64,000 nucleotides of DNA from positions 52,936 through 116,935 of the forward strand of contig DASXFS010000014.1 of assembly GCA_036489415.1 (NCBI GenBank). The letters are read 5' to 3'. The notes beneath the pieces were generated by a model. The model ran no database searches. It was not told the DNA's origin and saw nothing but the letters and a program-made list of their open reading frames with translations. Positions 10,701 to 18,504 of the stretch are shown piece by piece. Source of the DNA: Terracidiphilus sp. (lineage in GTDB: Bacteria; Acidobacteriota; Terriglobia; Terriglobales; Acidobacteriaceae). The stretch's first letter is position 1. Each line of letters opens with the position of its first letter. The translations under genes and the position numbers were made by a program.

Positions 10701-11539
10701 GGCAAGATCAGTTCTCTTCCTTGTACGCCTTGTCGAGCATGGGCATGAGCTACTACAACTCCGGCCAGGTCACCCTTCGGCATCCATCCAGCCACGGCTT
10801 TCAAATGGATGTCAGCTATACCTATTCGCACTCCATCGATATGGGTTCTGACACCGAGCGCAGCACCGAAGAAGGCGGGTCCGACAGCAATACCGGTGCG
10901 TTCAGCGAGATCATCAATACCTGGCAGCCCTATCGAAACCGCGGAAATTCCGACTTCGACACGCGGCATCTGTTGACGGTGGACGGTGTTTATCAGCTCC
11001 CGTTCGGGCGCGGAAAAATGCTCCTCGGCAGCGCCAACAGGCTCCTCGACGCCTTCGCGGGTGGATGGCAATTATCCGGCATTAACCGCTGGACTAGCGG
11101 CTTGCCCTTCTCGTTCTTCGAGCCTGGATGGACCACGAACTGGCAGGAAGAAAGCTATGGCGTCGTCACTGCTCCTATCAAAATGCGCCGCCATTTCGAT
11201 CAGAACGGCGATCCTCAGTTCTTCGATAACCCCAACGCCATCAACAACGGCATCGCTACGGGCACTCCAGTCCGGCTACCCTATCCGGGAGAGGCCGGCG
11301 AGCGCAACAACTTCCGCGGCGATGGCTATTTCGATATCGACTCAGGCCTCGCCAAAACATGGAAGCTGGGCGAGATAGGCAGCCTGAAGTTTGCCTGGGA
11401 AGTCTATAACGTCACAAACACCGTCCGCTTCGATCCAGCCTCCATCGGCTCCGGCCTCACCGACGGCAACCTTGGCGTGGCCAGTAGTCTGCTCACCCAG
11501 CCTCGCCGCATGCAATTCAGCCTGCGCTACGACTTTTAA
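7775..11539 (+). CDS. TonB-dependent receptor (Oar-like, with N-terminal carboxypeptidase-regulatory-like domain)
   Basis: GGAGG RBS at 7763 then GTG; signal peptide; LRGVVKDPNGALVPGA, DSIEEFRV, TKSGTN.FHG, NFAPRL, C-terminal PRRMQFSLRYDF. Confidence 0.93.
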   Translation: MKKFLKGWMLLGILSTAVLAFGQNATTSLRGVVKDPNGALVPGAKITLTDKADGQTLSAVANSAGEYVFAQVPPARYTITATAAGFGDQVETAELLVNQPATIDFTLSIQSSTVTVDVSATAQTLNTTDASLGNSADNALIQALPSETRNVPDLLSLQPGVLYLPPTMTDSRSGSVNGGRSDQGNVTVDGVDDNDQVGGFAFTGVLRETQDSIEEFRVTTGDANADSGRSSGAQISMVTKSGTNKFHGAAYEYNRPTITVANDWFNKNAEADSGEPNIPGKLIRNIFGGAVGGRIVKDKLFFFGNYEGERLAENTQVTETVPTASYQQGNINYPDANNNTQIITASQLAVLDAGCQICGTAAYPNKPGPNPNVLKYFNSMPAANGFSEGDGYTSGSFSFSSPNPISQNTSIARLDYVPNDRHRVFVRGNLQKDVGSELPAMNSAIQFPGQPPAHLNEDNSKGITGGDTWMIRSNLTNDVRYGFVRQGYSTRGIASGDYVDFRFLSTNTAETRSAITSIPVNNIVDNFTWTKGNHSIQVGGNWRLIHQNHSTDQNSYNGATSNPYWLGGNPPTPDEVGEPALSGGFSNSYEIAYANLVGTIPQITDIFNYKLTSPTTGTALAEGSFIDRHFKANEFEWYAQDAWRAQPNLTITFGVRHTILQTPYETSGQQVTPTVDTHAWYLAREAAAQTGQISEPDLQFAPAGPFYNKPGFWPKSKDNFAPRLAVAYSPDGKTSIRVGAGIYYDHYGEALINTFDQNGSFGMSSQISNPAGVYGIEGDSKHLPSPRFIDNRTLPPINVGTAPTNATFPYTAPLDSFSISWGLDSKIKTPYSETFDFSVQRELPAGFTLETAYVGRLGRHLLQQLDLAEPVDYVDPQGGGDYFAAGSRLSHLVDLNGGADETNGSLDSPSVPAIPYFEDVFPFMAGIDYPGESATQAIYNNEWAPYRSQYGATTSLSDIDFYCSYGCPPGYQSKFWQDQFSSLYALSSMGMSYYNSGQVTLRHPSSHGFQMDVSYTYSHSIDMGSDTERSTEEGGSDSNTGAFSEIINTWQPYRNRGNSDFDTRHLLTVDGVYQLPFGRGKMLLGSANRLLDAFAGGWQLSGINRWTSGLPFSFFEPGWTTNWQEESYGVVTAPIKMRRHFDQNGDPQFFDNPNAINNGIATGTPVRLPYPGEAGERNNFRGDGYFDIDSGLAKTWKLGEIGSLKFAWEVYNVTNTVRFDPASIGSGLTDGNLGVASSLLTQPRRMQFSLRYDF

Positions 11540-11557
11540 GCTGCCTTCAAACAACTT

Positions 11558-11594
11558 CGCCGGAGAAGCACACGCTTCTCCGGCGTTTTCTTTT
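11558..11594 (+). terminator. Intrinsic terminator of the TBDR gene
   Basis: CGCCGGAGAAGC-ACAC-GCTTCTCCGGCG perfect 12-bp stem followed by TTTTCTTTT. Confidence 0.85.
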
Positions 11595-11659
11595 GGTCGA
11601 GGCTTCTTAACTTTGTAGAAAATATCACTTCGCCGCGCTACGCGTCTCTATATGTCGAT

Positions 11660-11812
11660 CTAGTGTCCTGTCTCCAAAGTTCATAGCAGAAATTGGCCTG
11701 TCATCCTGAGCGAAGCGTACTGCAGCGGAGTCGAAGGACCTGCTTTTTCGTCAGAAGGCCGCACCTCAAATCCGAGCAAAATTGGACACGAACTTCGGAG
11801 ACACCACACTAG
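11660..11812. mobile_element. MITE-like element (153 bp), CTAG-bounded, IS630-like ends, enclosing a REP-A palindrome
   Basis: Left end CTAGTGTCCTGTCTCCAAAGTTC vs reverse complement of right end CTAGTGTGGTGTCTCCGAAGTTC (20/23); internal TGTCATCCTGAGCGAAG...GAGTCGAAGGACCTGC at 11699-11743. Confidence 0.75.
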
Positions 11813-13482
11813 CTCAACTGCACCTCAATCTTCACCACCGAAGCCGGAGGAAATGTGAAGCCCAGCGATCCACTGCGCACAGCCACATCCGCCGTGCGTG
11901 TCTTCACCCGCTCCGGCTCCTCGAACGTGTTGTGCGCATGAATGTCGCTGTCCGTCACCACCCAAGCCTTGGCGCTCGCCGCGGTTACCCCGCGCAGCAC
12001 GATCTCCGCCTCGCGCCCCTCGCTCACATCCGGGTTCACGGCCGTCAGCGTCAGCGTCTTGCCCTTGAGCGACGCTGAACCCTTCAGCCCCCAGAAGCTG
12101 GCTGGCTTCCCATCGCGGTCATAACGCACCTCGGGCGATGAAAACTCCGCCCGCACCGCCGTCCCTCCCTGGTGCGCCGCATACATCTCGAACACGTTAA
12201 AGTTCGGCGTCGTCATGAACTTGTCCCCGTGCGTCAGGAACAGCGCATTCAGGTTGTTCACCAGTTGAGCGCACGCGGCCAGCCCCACCTTCTCCGCGTT
12301 GCGATTGAACGTATCCAGCGAAATGGCCGTCATCACTGCATCGCGCACCGTTATCTGCTGCCCCAGCAGTTGCTCCGGCGAGTACTCCGTCCCCGGCTTG
12401 TACCATGGCCCATATTCATCCACCACCAGCTTCACGTTGTGGCCCAGATCGAACTCACCGAGCGCCGTCCAGTGGTCGAGGATGATGCCTTCCATGCGAT
12501 CCGTTTCTTTCGCCATTTCATACCAGTCGATAGGCTCGAACTTCAGCGCATCTCCTTTTTCAAGCACCCAGTCATCGGTCTTGCCGCGCGAGAGATTCGT
12601 CGCGTAGTGATGCACGCTCAACCCCCAAACCCCATGCGGATCGCGGCTCGGCTGGCCGTGATAAAGCTTGTTGAAGAATCCCCGCGTCCAGGCTTGCTCG
12701 TCGCTGTTCGGCCCTGAGGCCACAAAGCGCAGCGGCACGCCATAGCTCGGAACCCACGTTGTGTAGCGCTTGAATTCCGTTGCGTAGTCTTCCGGATCGA
12801 AGTTGCCGCCGCAGCCCCAGCTCTCGTTTCCCACACCCCAGTAGCGCACGTTAAACGGATCGCCCATTCCGTATGCAGCCCCATCCGCCGCGCGCGTCTC
12901 GGCCAGCGTCGTCGTCCCCGTCGGCGAGTTGCAATACTCCACCCAGTGGTCAAACTCCAGCGCCGGCAGGCTCCGCACATTGGCCGCAATGTAGGGCTCC
13001 GCGCCGCACAGCTTGCAGAAGGCCGCAAAATCTGCCGTCCCAAACGTATTCGGCTCGAACACCTGCGGAATATTCTTCCTCTTCACCGAGTCCGGATAAG
13101 CGTCCGTCCAGAAGTTCGTCCGCCGCGGCCGCTTTGCGCGCGGTCCAATGCCGTCGCGCCAGTCGTAGCTATCCGCAAAGCAGCCGCCAGGCCAACGCAC
13201 CACCGGCGCATGAATCGCCCGCATCTTCTCAATCAGCGCCGACCGCAGCCCCCGCTGGTTGGGAATCTTCGAGTCCTCGCCCACATAAATGCCGTCGTAG
13301 ATCACCGTGCCCAGGTGTTCCGTAAAGTGCCCATAAATCTCCGGCGCAATCGTCCCAATCGGCTCGTCCACCATCACTTCAATATGACTCGCCACCTGTT
13401 GCCCCAGCGCCGCACGCCGCCCAAACACCAGCGCCCCCGCTGCCGAAGCTCCCGCCGCTTTCAAAAATTTCCGACGTTCCAT
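11809..13482 (-). CDS. Alpha-L-arabinofuranosidase (GH51), Tat-exported
   Basis: ERRKFLK twin-arginine signal; IYGHFTEHLG, RWPGGCFAD.YDW.DGIGP, WGVGNE.WGCGG, AQLVN. Confidence 0.93.
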   Translation of the reverse strand: MERRKFLKAAGASAAGALVFGRRAALGQQVASHIEVMVDEPIGTIAPEIYGHFTEHLGTVIYDGIYVGEDSKIPNQRGLRSALIEKMRAIHAPVVRWPGGCFADSYDWRDGIGPRAKRPRRTNFWTDAYPDSVKRKNIPQVFEPNTFGTADFAAFCKLCGAEPYIAANVRSLPALEFDHWVEYCNSPTGTTTLAETRAADGAAYGMGDPFNVRYWGVGNESWGCGGNFDPEDYATEFKRYTTWVPSYGVPLRFVASGPNSDEQAWTRGFFNKLYHGQPSRDPHGVWGLSVHHYATNLSRGKTDDWVLEKGDALKFEPIDWYEMAKETDRMEGIILDHWTALGEFDLGHNVKLVVDEYGPWYKPGTEYSPEQLLGQQITVRDAVMTAISLDTFNRNAEKVGLAACAQLVNNLNALFLTHGDKFMTTPNFNVFEMYAAHQGGTAVRAEFSSPEVRYDRDGKPASFWGLKGSASLKGKTLTLTAVNPDVSEGREAEIVLRGVTAASAKAWVVTDSDIHAHNTFEEPERVKTRTADVAVRSGSLGFTFPPASVVKIEVQLS

Positions 13483-13510
13483 TCTCGTTCCCTTTCCTTT
13501 AATGCAAACC

Positions 13511-13542
13511 TGTCATCCTGAGCGTAGTCGAAGGGGACCTGC
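13511..13542. repeat. REP-A palindrome, free short copy
   Basis: TGTCATCCTGAGCGTAGTCGAAGGGGACCTGC, same ends as the copies at 11699, 15365 and 40262. Confidence 0.75.
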
Positions 13543-13583
13543 TGTTGTTCTTCGTTCCTTCACTCCGTTGGCCCCACAACACC

Positions 13584-13636
13584 GGGTGCCCCATCCTGGC
13601 CGCGGCATTATCGCGGCTAGGGTGGGACAGCACGAA
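13584..13636. repeat. REP-B palindrome
   Basis: GGGTGCCCCATCC...inner hairpin...GGGTGGGACAGCACGAA; second copy at 16453-16504. Confidence 0.7.
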
Positions 13637-13640
13637 AACC

Positions 13641-15224
13641 TCAGTCAGCCCCTCTTACCTCACTCGCAATCCGCCTCAACTCCGGCAACACCCTTCCGAG
13701 AGCTACAGGTTCCGCATCCCGCGTCCCCAGCGCAAAATACACATCCCGATAAAGCCGGTACAGCCTCTCATAAACAGCCGCCGCCTTCGCATCCGGCTCA
13801 ACCGTTCGCAGCGGCAAACAAACCGCCGCCTGCGCCTCTTCAATCGTCGTGTAGGCCCCCGCCGCCAGCAGCGCAAAAATCCCCGAGCCCAGGCTCGTCG
13901 GAACTCCCGCCGGCACCAGCACCGGCTTGTTCAACACATTCGCATACACTCGGTTCAACACTTCGCTCTTCTGCGGAATCCCGCCCGCATTGATCACGTG
14001 ATCGATCCGCACCCCATGCTCCGCCATGCGCTCCAGAATAATCCGCGTGTGAAACGCCGTGCCTTCAATCGCCGCGAAGAGCTCGTCCTGCGCCGTGTGT
14101 ACCAGGTTCCATCCCAGAGTCACGCCGCCCAGTTCCGGATTCACCAGCACCGTCCTGTCGCCGTTGTCCCAGCTCAGCCGCAGCAACCCTGTCTGCCCAG
14201 CCTTGTAAGCATCCAGCCCTTCAGACAGAGCGGAAACCGTCGTCCCCGCGCGCCGTGCCACCGCCTCAAAAATATCTCCCGTAGCCGAAAGCCCCGCCTC
14301 AATCCCCGTGTATCCCGGATGCACGCTGCCCGGCACCACGCCGCACACGCCCGGCACCAGTTCCGCCTCGCGCGCCATGGCGATGATGCACGTCGAAGTC
14401 CCCACCACGTTCACCGCATCGCCCTCGCGAATGTTCGAGCCAATGGCATCCCAATGCGCGTCGAACGCTCCCACAGGAATGGGAATCCCCGCACGCAGTC
14501 CCAGCGCCTCCGCCCACTTCGGCGAAAGATGCCCAGCCAGGTGGTCGCTGGTCAAAAACTCTCCGCCAATCTTGGCGCGCACGCCGGCAAATAGCGGATC
14601 GACAGCGACAAGAAATTCCTCCGGCGGCAGCCCTCCCCACTTCGGATTCCACATCCACTTGTGGCCCATCGCGCACACGCTGCGCTTCACATCGCTCGCG
14701 TTCGTAATGCCGCTCAGGGTAGCCGCCACCATGTCGCAATGTTCGAGCGCGGTCACAAACCGCTCACGCTTTTCCGGATTGTGTCGCAGCCAGTGCAGCA
14801 GCTTGGCGAATCCCCACTCGTGCGAGTAAACGCCGCCGCACCACTCGATGCCTTCAAACCCCAGCGCATGAGCGCGGGCCGTAATCTCTTCTGCTTCAGC
14901 AAAGGCGCGATGATCGCACCACAGGTAGTACTCATCCAGCGGTTCCAGACCTTCCCCCACCGGAATCACGCTGGAGCCTGTCGTGTCGAGAGCGATGGCC
15001 GCGACGGCATCGCCGCGGACGCCGGTGGTGTTGAGAGCTTCGCGCATGGCCGCGGCCAGTGCGGCCATCTGGTCCGCGTGGGACTGTGTCGCATAATCAG
15101 GATCATCGCGCCGGCGATGCAGCGCGTAGGAGGCCGTTCCCGTGCCAATGGGGCCGCTGTGGCTGTCGACCAAGCTGACGCGAACGCTGAGTGTGCCGAA
15201 GTCAACGCCGGCGACGGTAGTCAT
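13641..15224 (-). CDS. araB: Ribulokinase (FGGY family)
   Basis: GVDFGTLSVR, DTTGSS, LWCDH.A..EA, CAMGHK.MW, GAFDAH, GTSTC, WDNGDR; next to GH51. Confidence 0.88.
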   Translation of the reverse strand: MTTVAGVDFGTLSVRVSLVDSHSGPIGTGTASYALHRRRDDPDYATQSHADQMAALAAAMREALNTTGVRGDAVAAIALDTTGSSVIPVGEGLEPLDEYYLWCDHRAFAEAEEITARAHALGFEGIEWCGGVYSHEWGFAKLLHWLRHNPEKRERFVTALEHCDMVAATLSGITNASDVKRSVCAMGHKWMWNPKWGGLPPEEFLVAVDPLFAGVRAKIGGEFLTSDHLAGHLSPKWAEALGLRAGIPIPVGAFDAHWDAIGSNIREGDAVNVVGTSTCIIAMAREAELVPGVCGVVPGSVHPGYTGIEAGLSATGDIFEAVARRAGTTVSALSEGLDAYKAGQTGLLRLSWDNGDRTVLVNPELGGVTLGWNLVHTAQDELFAAIEGTAFHTRIILERMAEHGVRIDHVINAGGIPQKSEVLNRVYANVLNKPVLVPAGVPTSLGSGIFALLAAGAYTTIEEAQAAVCLPLRTVEPDAKAAAVYERLYRLYRDVYFALGTRDAEPVALGRVLPELRRIASEVRGAD

Positions 15225-15241
15225 GGAACAAGTGCCCTCCG

Positions 15242-15255
15242 AGTAAACGCTTTCC
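15242..15255 (-). promoter_or_regulatory. Candidate LacI-family operator upstream of the ribulokinase gene
   Basis: GGAAAGCGTTTACT on the minus strand, an imperfect palindrome with central CG, about 18 bp before the start codon. Confidence 0.4.
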
Positions 15256-15326
15256 TGTTCGCAGACAAGACTACACCATTCCTCTTGTCTTCAGCCGTGA
15301 AAATCTGCGCCGGCATTTCCACGCAA

Positions 15327-15467
15327 CTAGTGTCATGTCCCTAAAATTGGTATCAAAAATGCGTTGTCATCCTGAGCGAATTTTGGTGCGCTCTTGCGCC
15401 AGAATGAGTCGAAGGACCTGCTTCTGGGATGCTCATTTATGCAACGAACTTTGGGACACCAGACTAG
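15327..15467. mobile_element. Second CTAG-bounded MITE-like element (141 bp) enclosing REP-A
   Basis: Ends CTAGTGTCATGTCCCTAAAATT and (reverse complement) CTAGTCTGGTGTCCCAAAGTTC; internal TGTCATCCTGAGCGAA...GAGTCGAAGGACCTGC at 15365-15421. Confidence 0.7.
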
Positions 15468-15490
15468 CGCTGCGAGGCGGCCACTCAAGA

Positions 15491-16405
15491 CTATTTCTTA
15501 CTTCCCGGCAACATGCTCTTGAATCTGTCGATGAGCCCTGACTTGGCTAAGACGGCCGCGGCGGTGGTACTTGCCGCCGCAGGTTTGTCCTGAATCTGCG
15601 TTCCAAGAGTCTGCGCCCTCGGAGCCCGCGAAGCAGCATTGCCCACCACCTGCCCGCCTTTGATTGCCGGCGGAGCCGATCCGTCCGCGCTGTTCTTCAC
15701 CAGGATCGAGATTCTTCGATTCGAAGGATCGTAGGGATCGTTCTTCACGCGCAGCATCATGTCCGCATAGCCGCGCACCTGTGTCACTTGATTTGCGCGC
15801 ACGCCGTTTTCCTGCAGCAGCCGCCGCGCGGAGTTGGCGCGGTCCGCCGAGAGTTCCCAATTGCCGTAATTGGTATCGGTCGAGTATTGCGTGGCGTCGG
15901 TATGGCCTTCAATCAGCAGTTCGTTGGGCAGCGTCTTCAATTCGCTGGCCAGCAGCGCCAGCAGTTCCTGTCCGCTGTCGCTCAGCCTGGCGCTGCCGCT
16001 CTGGTAAAAGGTGCCGTTCTTATCCTCGATCAACTCGATGCGCAGCCCTTCCGCGGTGATGGTAATTTCAATCTGCTTGGAAAGTTTCTCCAGCTCTTTT
16101 TTCGCCTTGATCTCCGCTTCCAGTTTCTCCTTCAGCTTTTGCAGGTCGTCGTTTGCTTTAAGGGTGACCATCCCCCCGCTTCCCGCCATCGTTGTGCCCA
16201 GCAGCGTGGCCGTTCCCCTGGGATCGTTGAAGTAGCCGGCCACGGCCTGCTTTACCTTTTCGCTCGACCCCATCAGCCACAGCACGATGAACAACGCCAT
16301 CATCGCCGTCACAAAATCGGCGTAGGCGACCTTCCACGCGCCCCCGTGGTGGCCGCCGTGCCCCATCTTCTTTTTGATCACGATAATAGGTTGCTTCGCC
16401 GTCAT
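15491..16405 (-). CDS. motB: Flagellar stator protein MotB
   Basis: HHGGAWKVAYADFVTAMMALFIVLWL; OmpA-like domain IEGHTD..NWELSADRAN..NRRI; start placed at MTAKQPII. Confidence 0.95.
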   Translation of the reverse strand: MTAKQPIIVIKKKMGHGGHHGGAWKVAYADFVTAMMALFIVLWLMGSSEKVKQAVAGYFNDPRGTATLLGTTMAGSGGMVTLKANDDLQKLKEKLEAEIKAKKELEKLSKQIEITITAEGLRIELIEDKNGTFYQSGSARLSDSGQELLALLASELKTLPNELLIEGHTDATQYSTDTNYGNWELSADRANSARRLLQENGVRANQVTQVRGYADMMLRVKNDPYDPSNRRISILVKNSADGSAPPAIKGGQVVGNAASRAPRAQTLGTQIQDKPAAASTTAAAVLAKSGLIDRFKSMLPGSKK

Positions 16406-16452
16406 GACCGTCCCTATCTCGCTATCCGGAATTCTTGACTCTGCGCGACCAT

Positions 16453-16504
16453 GGGTGCCCCATCCAAACCGCGCTTTTGCGGCTTGGGTGGGAAAGCACG
16501 AACC
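16453..16504. repeat. REP-B palindrome between motA and motB
   Basis: GGGTGCCCCATCCAAACCGC...GCGGCTTGGGTGGGAAAGCACGAA. Confidence 0.7.
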
Positions 16505-16606
16505 CCAACTCACTGCCCACTGCAAGATCCTCAATTCGCGCCGACTCTAAGTGGGAAATCTCAGACTCCCGTGGCGCGCAAGCGCCGCACGCCCCACCGC
16601 AGGTGG

Positions 16607-17479
16607 CTACGCAGCCATTGCCTCAGCGCCGCCGCCCTTGCAGTTCTTTTCCATCTCGTCGAAGTTGGGCCGCACATACGCTGGAATTGCGCGCCGCCCC
16701 ATTTCAATGGCGATCATCGGCGCCGCACCCTTGAGAAACGAGAGCAGCAGCACGCGCAGCACATGCAGATACTCGTTGTGCTCGTCCGCCGTCTTGGACA
16801 TATTCGCGGCCAGCGGACCAGCCACGCCGTAGCACAGTAGAATGCCGAGGAACGTGCCCACCAGCGCCGCTGCCACCTTTTCGCCGATCTCCTCCGGAGG
16901 CCCGCCCAGCGAGCCCATGGTGATCACCACGCCCAGCACCGCGGCCACAATCCCCAGGCCCGGCAACGCGTCCGCCACCGTGCTCAGCGCGCTCACAGGC
17001 TGCATCTGCGCATGATGATGCACCTCCATGTCGAGCTCCATCATCTGGTCCATGTCGAACGGCTCCACGCCTCCGGTAATGGCCGTGCGCAGCGTGTCGC
17101 ACACAAAGTCCTTCGCGTGGTGGTCGCCGAGAAACTCTGGATAGTTCATGAAGATGGTGCTTTCCTCGGGCTTTTCGACATCCATCTCCACGCTCAGCAA
17201 ACCCTCTTTGCGCACCTTGTTCAGGAACTGGTACATCATCTTGAGCGTGCTCAGATAGCGGTCCTTGCCAAACCTTGACCCCTTCAGCACACCCGCCACG
17301 CCGGCCGCGACGCCCTTGAGAATATGCATCGGATTGGCCACCAGCAGCGTGCCGACGGCTGCGCCCGCGAGGATAAGGAACTCCGCCGGCTGCACCAGAA
17401 CCGCCAGATGTCCCTTCTCCATCAGGAAACCGCCGATGACCGCTCCAAAGACGATGACAATGCCTACGATGGCAAACAT
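16607..17479 (-). CDS. motA: Flagellar stator protein MotA
   Basis: MFAIVG..., QPAE, RKEGLL..E, DALPGLGIVAAVLGVVITM, ALVGTFLGILLCYG. Confidence 0.95.
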   Translation of the reverse strand: MFAIVGIVIVFGAVIGGFLMEKGHLAVLVQPAEFLILAGAAVGTLLVANPMHILKGVAAGVAGVLKGSRFGKDRYLSTLKMMYQFLNKVRKEGLLSVEMDVEKPEESTIFMNYPEFLGDHHAKDFVCDTLRTAITGGVEPFDMDQMMELDMEVHHHAQMQPVSALSTVADALPGLGIVAAVLGVVITMGSLGGPPEEIGEKVAAALVGTFLGILLCYGVAGPLAANMSKTADEHNEYLHVLRVLLLSFLKGAAPMIAIEMGRRAIPAYVRPNFDEMEKNCKGGGAEAMAA

Positions 17480-18345
17480 GAATGCCCCTCCGGAGCCTGG
17501 GTTGTGCGGTTTCCGCCCGCGTGTTGGCTTGAAGACATGGCGGCCCTGGCTCGTTCCAGCAGATCGGCTAGAGCGCCTGCGCTCTCGGCCTGCGCCGCAC
17601 CAATGCTGACGGTGAGCGAAACCCGGTCGCCCCACCAGCGGAAGTCCGCCGTTCTGGCCAGCCCCGCAAGCGTGGCCGCATGATTGGCCAGCAACTCAGG
17701 CGTGCGCTCATGGCAGATGACAAGAAATTCGTCCTCACCCCAGCGGCCCAGGTGTTCCGCCGGCCGCAAGCCCTGGGCCAGCGCGTGTTTCACTTTCTTG
17801 AGCATGGCTTCGCACGCGCCCATGCCGTGCGTCTTGCGCAACTCGTGCGCCTGGTCCACCGTAATCCAGAGAACTCCGAAAGGCATGCCGCCCTGCGTCA
17901 AATCTTCAAACAGCGATTCCAGCCGCTCCTTGAGATTGTCCAAGCTCCACTCGACGTCTTCGCTTTCGCCCGTCACCCCGTGCGGCAGCGCGTCCAGGCA
18001 TTCCGCGGGATGAAACAGAACCGCTGTGCCAATGCGCCCACCCAGCCCATCGCGCAGAGTCAGCAGACGCGCCATGGCAGAAATCTCGTGGCCCAGCTTG
18101 TGTTGTGCATGCACCGGAAACCCGCGTCCGCTCTCCGCGTGCGAGCCCGATTCCGCGCCGCATTCCGAAAGCAGCGGCCTCAGCGCTTCAGGCACTGTCC
18201 GTCCCACCACATCCACCGCCGCATATCCGGTCATGGCATGAGCAGCCTGGTTCCAGAACACCAGGTGGCCGTTCTCATCGAGCAAAGCCGTGCCTTCCGG
18301 AAGACCATCCAGTGTCGCTTCCAGAAGCTCGCCGCGATCGCTCAT
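17464..18345 (-). CDS. PAS plus degenerate GGDEF-domain protein
   Basis: PAS (FWNQAA..MTGY...VVGR); GGDEF fold with GRWGEDEF and TVSIG; start placed at MSDRG (18357 is an alternative). Confidence 0.8.
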   Translation of the reverse strand: MSDRGELLEATLDGLPEGTALLDENGHLVFWNQAAHAMTGYAAVDVVGRTVPEALRPLLSECGAESGSHAESGRGFPVHAQHKLGHEISAMARLLTLRDGLGGRIGTAVLFHPAECLDALPHGVTGESEDVEWSLDNLKERLESLFEDLTQGGMPFGVLWITVDQAHELRKTHGMGACEAMLKKVKHALAQGLRPAEHLGRWGEDEFLVICHERTPELLANHAATLAGLARTADFRWWGDRVSLTVSIGAAQAESAGALADLLERARAAMSSSQHAGGNRTTQAPEGHSCLPS

Positions 18346-18362
18346 CCAATCCCCCATCTATT

Positions 18363-18389
18363 CCATCGGCAGGACACGGACCAACTTCA
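18363..18389 (-). promoter_or_regulatory. Sigma28 (FliA)-type promoter
   Basis: Minus strand TGAAG-N14-GCCGATGG vs consensus TAAAG-N14-GCCGATAA, directly upstream of the GGDEF-motA-motB genes. Confidence 0.7.
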
Positions 18390-18504
18390 TCGTTTCGCAG
18401 AGGAGAACGAAGATTGGGGCAGAAAAAGATTTGAATTTGCTTATTCGCGATTGCGGCGACAATTCATCGGAGAGCAATGCTTCTGGTGCTGCTCAAGACG
18501 TCCC

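Noticed and set aside
11782-12078. ORF starting MDTNFGDTTL and similar short ORFs at 15335 and 22798
   Set aside because: They read through MITE/REP sequence or are antisense to real genes.
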